Positions 58,161 to 64,000 of a DNA stretch of 64,000 nt are shown in pieces (the first letter of the stretch is position 1; each line of letters starts with the position of its first letter). Below the pieces are notes generated by a model. That model worked only from the letters and a program-made list of their open reading frames with translations, made no database searches and was not told the DNA's origin. This DNA comes from Blastocatellia bacterium (GTDB lineage Bacteria > Acidobacteriota > Blastocatellia > UBA7656), in NCBI GenBank assembly GCA_963765495.1, contig CAVXWP010000008.1, forward strand, positions 256,001 through 320,000, written 5' to 3'. A program made the translations under genes and the position numbers.

Positions 58161-60446
58161 TCAGGGTTGCTTTGAGCGCAACCGTGTAGCCTTTTGATAT
58201 TCCTGGTTGGCTTCGTCTCTGAGACCCTGACTGTAAAGCGCGTGCCCAAGCTTGGTATGCAGCGTATCATTTGAAGGTTCAATATCAACGGCTTTTCGAT
58301 AGACATCTGCCGCCTTCTGCCACTGTTGAAGATTGAAATAGCCATCTCCAAGCGCGGTCAGGATCGCGATATTGCCTGCGCCAAGCGAAGCCGCCTGCTC
58401 GAGTTCGGCCAGGGCGTCATCATCTCTCTGATTTCGATAGAGCAGGGCGAGATTGTAATGCGGGGCCGCCCATTTGGGATCGAGTTCGATAGCGCGTTTG
58501 AAGGCTCGTTCGGCCTGAAAGGAGTCGAGCCGCCCGCTGTAGATGAGTCCCATAGAATTTTCGATTGTGGCGAGCCGGGTTCCCTGCAACTGTGCAAGCG
58601 CCCTTTCGGCTTCGTCGTAAAATTGCAGGGCAATCAATGCCTGGGCCGCGCTCACTTTCTCAAGAGCCGCCACGTCAGAAAGCTCAGGCATCAGCGCGCG
58701 AGCACGGCTAAACATCTGGCCCGCGCGCTTGAATTCATCTACCTTGTCTGAAACGTTGTCGCTTCGAACATCGCCGCTCACAATCGCGCGGCCCGAATCG
58801 GTGAGCGCCTCGGCAAGCCTTGGTTTTAGCTGTAAGGCGCGGGGTCTGGTTGCCGGGTCATCGGCCAATCTTTGATAGATATCCCACGCGCTTGCATTCT
58901 TCGGTTCCAGAAGCCTCCCGTCAGCAATAGCGGCCTGAAATTGTAAAACGAGCGGCGAGGGGGCGGTCCCCATCGCGGGCGCAGAATTTGGCGAGCCGAT
59001 TGGAATATTTCCGTTTCCGGCAGAAGACGCTTCTATAGTCGAAGTTTCCGGTGGAGTCGGAGTCGGTCTGCGAGGAGGAGGCGCTGATCGGGGCGGCTCT
59101 CCCACATTTGGAGAATCGCTTGAGGTAGCGGCCGGAACTCCGGCAGACCTGATCGGCTCATTTGCAGGCGGCGTCCCGGCTCCGCGAACAGATTTGGATG
59201 CGCCATTGGGCGACGGATTGGAGGGACCTGATTTTCTGGTTCCCGTCGAATTTGACCGGGTGACGGGCGTGCTCACCCCACCGCTTACCGCCTCGGGTTT
59301 CGGGTTGTTTGCCACGATGTCGGGTTTGGCTGGACTCTTAGCAGGCGGAGTCGGCACTCGAGCGGACGGCTGATCTTTTATCGCTTCCTCCGGGCGAGGC
59401 TCGATACCTGCGGGCTCATGGTAATCCGTTGCCGCCTGTCGGTTATTTTCTGTCGCATTATTTGCGGGCGCATTATTTGCGGGCGCGATCTGTTCGGCCC
59501 TTTTCACGGAAAGAGCGACCGGTTCCGGGGTCTTTTCGGCGGTTGGCGCAGGCGGCTTTTGCCCGGAATCGAGGGCGAGCGAGCCGTTTGTTCGGATGAG
59601 CATGCTGGCGAGGCCGAAACCGCCGTGCCAGGGATGTTGTTTGTTTGAGGTCTCTTTTGCCACACGTGCTGAGACGGTGTGGAAAATCCCTTCGGCGGTT
59701 CTGGTGTTGTTTACATCCGGATTTGCTTCGTTGAATGCATCCACAAGCGAGCGCGTAAAGACGCCCATATCACCCCATCGTTTTCCTTCACGAGAGTATT
59801 CACCCTGGCCCGAAGCGAGTATTACATTCAGCCCCGCGCGCGAAGCCACCATCTGGTTGAAGGTCAGGACAAAAGAGGATGAGTCCCTGTTACCTTCTTC
59901 TTCCGGGGGAAAGAAATCGCCGCGTACGGCATCGGCTATGACAAGAACGTTTCCGGCGCGGATGCGACGGTTCAACGCGTCGGTCAAATCATTTATCGAA
60001 AACGCGCTCGTGTAAGGATCGGCAGGATCGGAATCAAAGGCAAGCAGATACGATTCGCCAAATTCGCGTTCAAAAATGCCGTGCCCGGAAAAGAAGATAT
60101 AGACCCTGTCATCAGTTGAGACCGATTTCGCCAGCCAGTTCCCGATAGCCGCTTTTATCGCCGAGATGGTCGCTTCCTGCCCTAAAAGCAGTTTTATATT
60201 CTCTTTTCTCACCCCGGTCTTTTCCAGCGCCTCGGCAAATGCAGATGCATCACGGTCGGCAAATTGCAGTTGTTGCCCTCCGGGCACTTGTGAATAATGC
60301 GAGATGCCTATTATGACGGCCCACTCTTTTGCGGAGCCGTTTCGACCGGGAGGCTGTGATTGACCGTTTGCCGTTTCGAGGAGGGAAATCAGACAACAAA
60401 GGGCGGCTAGCAAAAGGCATACCGACCATCTTCTTGTAGTTTGCAT
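58161..60446 (-). CDS. Secreted caspase-family (C14) domain plus TPR protein, catalytic Cys absent
   Basis: WAVIIGIS.Y, FFSGHG, IADAVR, GVFT..L, Q.P; Pro-rich linker; C-terminal TPRs. Confidence 0.85.
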   Translation of the reverse strand: MQTTRRWSVCLLLAALCCLISLLETANGQSQPPGRNGSAKEWAVIIGISHYSQVPGGQQLQFADRDASAFAEALEKTGVRKENIKLLLGQEATISAIKAAIGNWLAKSVSTDDRVYIFFSGHGIFEREFGESYLLAFDSDPADPYTSAFSINDLTDALNRRIRAGNVLVIADAVRGDFFPPEEEGNRDSSSFVLTFNQMVASRAGLNVILASGQGEYSREGKRWGDMGVFTRSLVDAFNEANPDVNNTRTAEGIFHTVSARVAKETSNKQHPWHGGFGLASMLIRTNGSLALDSGQKPPAPTAEKTPEPVALSVKRAEQIAPANNAPANNATENNRQAATDYHEPAGIEPRPEEAIKDQPSARVPTPPAKSPAKPDIVANNPKPEAVSGGVSTPVTRSNSTGTRKSGPSNPSPNGASKSVRGAGTPPANEPIRSAGVPAATSSDSPNVGEPPRSAPPPRRPTPTPPETSTIEASSAGNGNIPIGSPNSAPAMGTAPSPLVLQFQAAIADGRLLEPKNASAWDIYQRLADDPATRPRALQLKPRLAEALTDSGRAIVSGDVRSDNVSDKVDEFKRAGQMFSRARALMPELSDVAALEKVSAAQALIALQFYDEAERALAQLQGTRLATIENSMGLIYSGRLDSFQAERAFKRAIELDPKWAAPHYNLALLYRNQRDDDALAELEQAASLGAGNIAILTALGDGYFNLQQWQKAADVYRKAVDIEPSNDTLHTKLGHALYSQGLRDEANQEYQKATRLRSKQP

Positions 60447-60470
60447 TGCTCTAAAGTAACTGCATGATCG

Positions 60471-60512
60471 TGAAGGGCGCAACCCTTTACGGCGTAGAGG
60501 GAGCGCCCTTCA
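60471..60512 (-). terminator. Stem-loop downstream of the anti-sigma antagonist gene
   Basis: TGAAGGGCGC / GCGCCCTTCA. Confidence 0.6.
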
Positions 60513-60552
60513 TCGCTTGAGAAAGATACCGCCATGAAAAGAACAGATTCGC

Positions 60553-60900
60553 TTACTTGAAGCTTGCCACGGCGTCTGCTTCGTTATCGAATGTCTCAAA
60601 GACAGTGAGGAGTTTCGTAATCATCAGCAGGTCTTGAATCTTCTTTGTAAGATTCAGGAGCTTTAATTGACCGCCCTGATTATTTGTCGTCGTATAGGAA
60701 CTGACGAGTTCGCCTATCCCCGAGCTATCCACGTAAGAGACATCTCCGAGATTGAGCAAAATCTTTTTCTTGCCCTCGTCGAGGAGTCTGCGCACGGCTT
60801 CGCGCAACTGTACACTGCCTTCGCCTATAGTGATCTTGCCCGACAGATCCAGGATAGCTACATCACCAGCCTGTCGCTCTTTGATATTAAGCTGAGCCAT
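60553..60900 (-). CDS. Anti-sigma factor antagonist (STAS domain, RsbV/SpoIIAA-like)
   Basis: [13 protein letters not shown] phospho-Ser motif. Confidence 0.93.
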   Translation of the reverse strand: MAQLNIKERQAGDVAILDLSGKITIGEGSVQLREAVRRLLDEGKKKILLNLGDVSYVDSSGIGELVSSYTTTNNQGGQLKLLNLTKKIQDLLMITKLLTVFETFDNEADAVASFK

Positions 60901-60933
60901 CTTACCTCTCCTTTTTGAACTCTGATGTTTGTA

Positions 60934-61353
60934 TCAGGATGATTGCTTCTGCTTCGCCAGACGGACGATGCTGCCACCCTCTGGATGAATCGTATATTCC
61001 ACCTCATCCATAAATGTGCGCATATAGAAAATGCCACGTCCGGTCGGGTTGAGCAAGTTATTTGGGTCGAGCGGGTCGGGCAAGGTCGAGGGGTCGAAGC
61101 CTTCGCCCCTGTCCCGGACATAGACCGTCAGCCCGTTGCTTTCAACCACGAATCGGACATCCACCTGCTTCTCTTCCTGATTCTTATTTCCGTGTGTAAT
61201 CGCGTTTATGACCGCCTCGTGTACCGCAAGCTCCACCCAGCTAGCATCATCTTCGGGAAAGCCGAGTTTTGCCGTTACGCTCTTGGTTACGGAACTGACC
61301 ATGTCTACAAACTCAAGTTTGCTGTCTATTGATAGTTCGATGGTCTCAGTCAT
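60934..61353 (-). CDS. Anti-sigma factor Ser/Thr kinase (RsbW-like)
   Basis: EAVINAITHGN, D.GEGFD, GRGIF.MR.FMD. Confidence 0.93.
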   Translation of the reverse strand: MTETIELSIDSKLEFVDMVSSVTKSVTAKLGFPEDDASWVELAVHEAVINAITHGNKNQEEKQVDVRFVVESNGLTVYVRDRGEGFDPSTLPDPLDPNNLLNPTGRGIFYMRTFMDEVEYTIHPEGGSIVRLAKQKQSS

Positions 61354-61463
61354 CCGAACGCGGGTCCCTTTCCATTATGACTCACATTGCCGTAAACGGC
61401 TCGCACGGCTGAAATCAGAGGTGGTCACAAGTCGCGTCATTGTGTAACATGTCGGAAGTTGCG

Positions 61464-62804
61464 ATGTCAAGAACAATAGGAATTAGAGGGCCCGGCTCAA
61501 TCAACGGGGTCATACGGGTCCCCGGCGACAAATCAATTTCGCACCGTGTAGCGATGCTCGCATCGGTGGCAAGCGGCACGTCCGTCATTGCCGGATTTGC
61601 CTCAAGCGCCGATTGTCATACAACGCTAGACTGCATAAACAGGCTCGGAATCCATACGGAAAAGTTCGAAGACCGTATAGTGATACACGGAAGAGGTTTG
61701 CGCGGGTATCGCGCAGCCGAAGGCCGCGCCCTGCTCGATGCAGGCAACTCGGGCTCTACGATAAGGATGCTGAGCGGGTTGCTGGCGGGTCAGAGTTTTA
61801 CCTCTGTGATTGAAGGGGATGAGAGTCTAAGCCGCCGCCCGATGGCTCGAATTATCGAGCCGCTCACGCTGATGGGGGCGCGTGTAGAGGCCCGTCGCGG
61901 GCGGTTCCCACCCATTCAAATCCATGGCGGCAGGCTTGATTCGATCTCATTTGAGAGTCGCGTAGCAAGCGCCCAGGTAAAGACCGGTGTGCTGTTTGCC
62001 GGGCTTCTCGCAGAAGGGCGGACCTCATTCAGAGAGCCGGTCCTTTCACGCGATCACACGGAACTGATGCTCCCGCAATTCGGCGTGGCGCTTGAAATAA
62101 CCGATATGGAAACAGGCCGCCGCCTTAGCGTCGAAGGGGGCAAGGAACTTGAACCGGTTGAATACCAGGTGCCCGGGGATGCTTCGTCTGCGGCCTATTT
62201 CATAGCCGCCGCCACCGTTCTTCAGGGTTCCGAACTACGACTTAGCGGCGTCAATCTGAATCCCACGCGAACAGCCTTTGTCGATGTCTTGAACAGACTT
62301 GGTGCAAGCATTCGGCTTGAGAACCAGAATCGAAGACACGGCGAGGAAGTAGGAGACGTTTTCGTCAAAAGCAGCCGTCTTGCCTGTATGGGCGGCGTTC
62401 TCAAATTGAGCGGGGAGATAATTCCTAACCTGATTGATGAGATTCCGATTCTTGCCGTGGCCTGCACGCAGGTAGAGGGGCGAGTCGAAATAAGAGAGGC
62501 GAGGGAACTTAGGTACAAGGAGAGCGACCGTATCAAGACCGTCATCGAAGGGCTGAGAGCGATGGGCGTGGAAGTCGAAGAGTTTGAGGACGGCTTCGCC
62601 CTGAACGGGCCGCAACGACTTTCGGGAGGGCGGATTGAAACGGCAGGCGATCATCGCATAGCGATGGCCTTCAGCGTGGCTGGTTTGATCGCTACGGGAA
62701 GATCAGAAATAGTTGGAGCGGAGTCGGCGGCAGTCTCATTCCCCGAGTTTTACGACCTGCTCTCTTCGCTCACCGGACAGACGATGACGGAGCAGCCGTC
62801 TTGA
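61464..62804 (+). CDS. aroA: 3-phosphoshikimate 1-carboxyvinyltransferase (EPSP synthase)
   Basis: PGDKSISHR, GNSGST.R, SAQVK, RDHTE, IDEIP, KESDR, DHRIAM. Confidence 0.97.
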   Translation: MSRTIGIRGPGSINGVIRVPGDKSISHRVAMLASVASGTSVIAGFASSADCHTTLDCINRLGIHTEKFEDRIVIHGRGLRGYRAAEGRALLDAGNSGSTIRMLSGLLAGQSFTSVIEGDESLSRRPMARIIEPLTLMGARVEARRGRFPPIQIHGGRLDSISFESRVASAQVKTGVLFAGLLAEGRTSFREPVLSRDHTELMLPQFGVALEITDMETGRRLSVEGGKELEPVEYQVPGDASSAAYFIAAATVLQGSELRLSGVNLNPTRTAFVDVLNRLGASIRLENQNRRHGEEVGDVFVKSSRLACMGGVLKLSGEIIPNLIDEIPILAVACTQVEGRVEIREARELRYKESDRIKTVIEGLRAMGVEVEEFEDGFALNGPQRLSGGRIETAGDHRIAMAFSVAGLIATGRSEIVGAESAAVSFPEFYDLLSSLTGQTMTEQPS

Positions 62805-63301
62805 GTGAAAAGCCCATTTTCCTGATCGGTTTTATGGGAGTCGGCAAGACGACCGTGGGCCGCGTACTTGCCGAGAAGGTCGGATTCCAATTTATAGACC
62901 TGGATGAGATCATAGAAACCCGACAGAAACGCTCCATAAGTGAAATCTTTGCAGAAATGGGCGAAGCAAGATTCAGAGAGATTGAACGCTGCGCCCTGGA
63001 AGATTGCCGCGTATTCACTAGGACAATAATAGCCCTAGGAGGTGGCGCTTTCGTCTCTGAAGAGAATCGCGCGATCATAAGCAGGATTGGGAAATCGGTC
63101 TGGCTTGACTGCTCGCTGGATGTGATACTTGCCAGGATTTCCGGGAGCGATTCGCGCCCCTTGCTCGGAGAGAGAGAGAGCATGAAACTATTACTCGAAA
63201 GCAGACATCCGGCTTATGCGCTGGCGGATTATCGCGTAGAGGCCGAGAACGGCACGCCCGATATTATAGCCGACCAGATAGGAAGAATTCTCAACCTGTA
63301 A
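62801..63301 (+). CDS. aroK: Shikimate kinase
   Basis: GFMGVGKTT P-loop, D.D, GE..FR..E, GGG, RPL. Confidence 0.95.
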   Translation: MSEKPIFLIGFMGVGKTTVGRVLAEKVGFQFIDLDEIIETRQKRSISEIFAEMGEARFREIERCALEDCRVFTRTIIALGGGAFVSEENRAIISRIGKSVWLDCSLDVILARISGSDSRPLLGERESMKLLLESRHPAYALADYRVEAENGTPDIIADQIGRILNL

Positions 63302-63316
63302 AAGACCTGCGCCCGA

Positions 63317-64000
63317 TCATTCCAGCCTTTCCGCATTGCATCCGGGTTGAACCATTATGGTCTTAAATGAAGAGAGTCGAACAAGACCGGGCTTTGCCTT
63401 TGGAGGCTTTGAGACGAATTTCTTCTGAGTATAATGAACCGCAGCCTTAGCTTCCCGCTTCGCCTGCGAATAGAAAGCAGCGATCTCTGCTGCCTCAAGA
63501 ACCGTTTTGTGAGGAACCTCCTGGCGGTTCGGATTGCGTATAACCACGTGTGAGCCGGGATAATCCGCGGCGTGGAGCCAGATGTCCTGGGGCCGCGCTG
63601 AGCGAAATGTGAGGCGATCGTTTTCGCGGTCGTTTCGTCCTACACCGATTTGAAACCCGTCCGAAGAGATAAACCAGCGCCCGGCCTCCCTGCTAATGTT
63701 TGCCTTCTGACCTTTTGCATCGGGCTCTTCTTTCTCTCCTGCCATCCTGAGTCCAAACCTGCGCGCGGCTTCGGTCTTTACACTTTCCACCCGCTCTGCC
63801 GTGGGTTCTTTTTCGAGTCCGATCAACAATGAATTTAACGAGTCAAGACTTTCCACAAGTGAAGACAGACGCGGGGCAATAGCTTCGATAGCTCGCTTTC
63901 CTTTTTGATATCGCGCGAAATATTCATTTGCGGCCTGGGGAAGCGCTACCCCTTCATCTATCTCAATCTCAATCAAGGGTTGAGTCGGGTCGTAATAATC
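63317..64000 (-). CDS. NFACT/FbpA (RqcH-like) protein, C-terminal part; 5' end lies outside the window
   Basis: VGRN..END.LT, WLHA...PGSHVV, AA..AA.YS, K.V.KP..AKPG.V. Confidence 0.88.
   Translation of the reverse strand, partial: DYYDPTQPLIEIEIDEGVALPQAANEYFARYQKGKRAIEAIAPRLSSLVESLDSLNSLLIGLEKEPTAERVESVKTEAARRFGLRMAGEKEEPDAKGQKANISREAGRWFISSDGFQIGVGRNDRENDRLTFRSARPQDIWLHAADYPGSHVVIRNPNRQEVPHKTVLEAAEIAAFYSQAKREAKAAVHYTQKKFVSKPPKAKPGLVRLSSFKTIMVQPGCNAERLE

Noticed and set aside
422-63832. Numerous short antisense or overlapping ORFs in the track
   Set aside because: They are shadows of long, motif-supported genes, with no RBS or family signal of their own.

Overview
Bacterial window. The gene content (an ADOP-type orphan permease, a CuA-barrel fusion, a glutaminyl cyclase, palindromic intergenic repeats) suggests Acidobacteria, which is an inference. 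1-17.2 kb (minus strand): a giant MnxG-like multicopper oxidase, frameshifted near 1280 and continuing into tandem 128-aa blue-copper repeats. Upstream of it lie a tailoring-enzyme cassette and a cytochrome P460-like gene, all downstream of tRNA-Ser(GCT). 18.4-25.9 kb holds the most interesting signal: three unannotated tandem 30-32 aa peptide genes (leader ...EEMEQ(I/V)(E/V)AP, candidate cores GMLISD/GMLISN/GFLLSD). They sit behind a perfect sigma54 promoter with IHF-like and enhancer palindromes and are followed by an RRE-M50 peptidase-HlyD fusion, an MFS transporter and an ABC permease, a candidate undescribed peptide/RiPP export or signalling system. The rest is mostly core genes (mqnE, mgtE, PilN/O-like, SSS, LmbE, S41, pruA, rsbV/W-like, aroA, aroK, NFACT), with MITE/IS relics and a pseudo-caspase. 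All family calls come from motif recognition by eye; no database searches were run.
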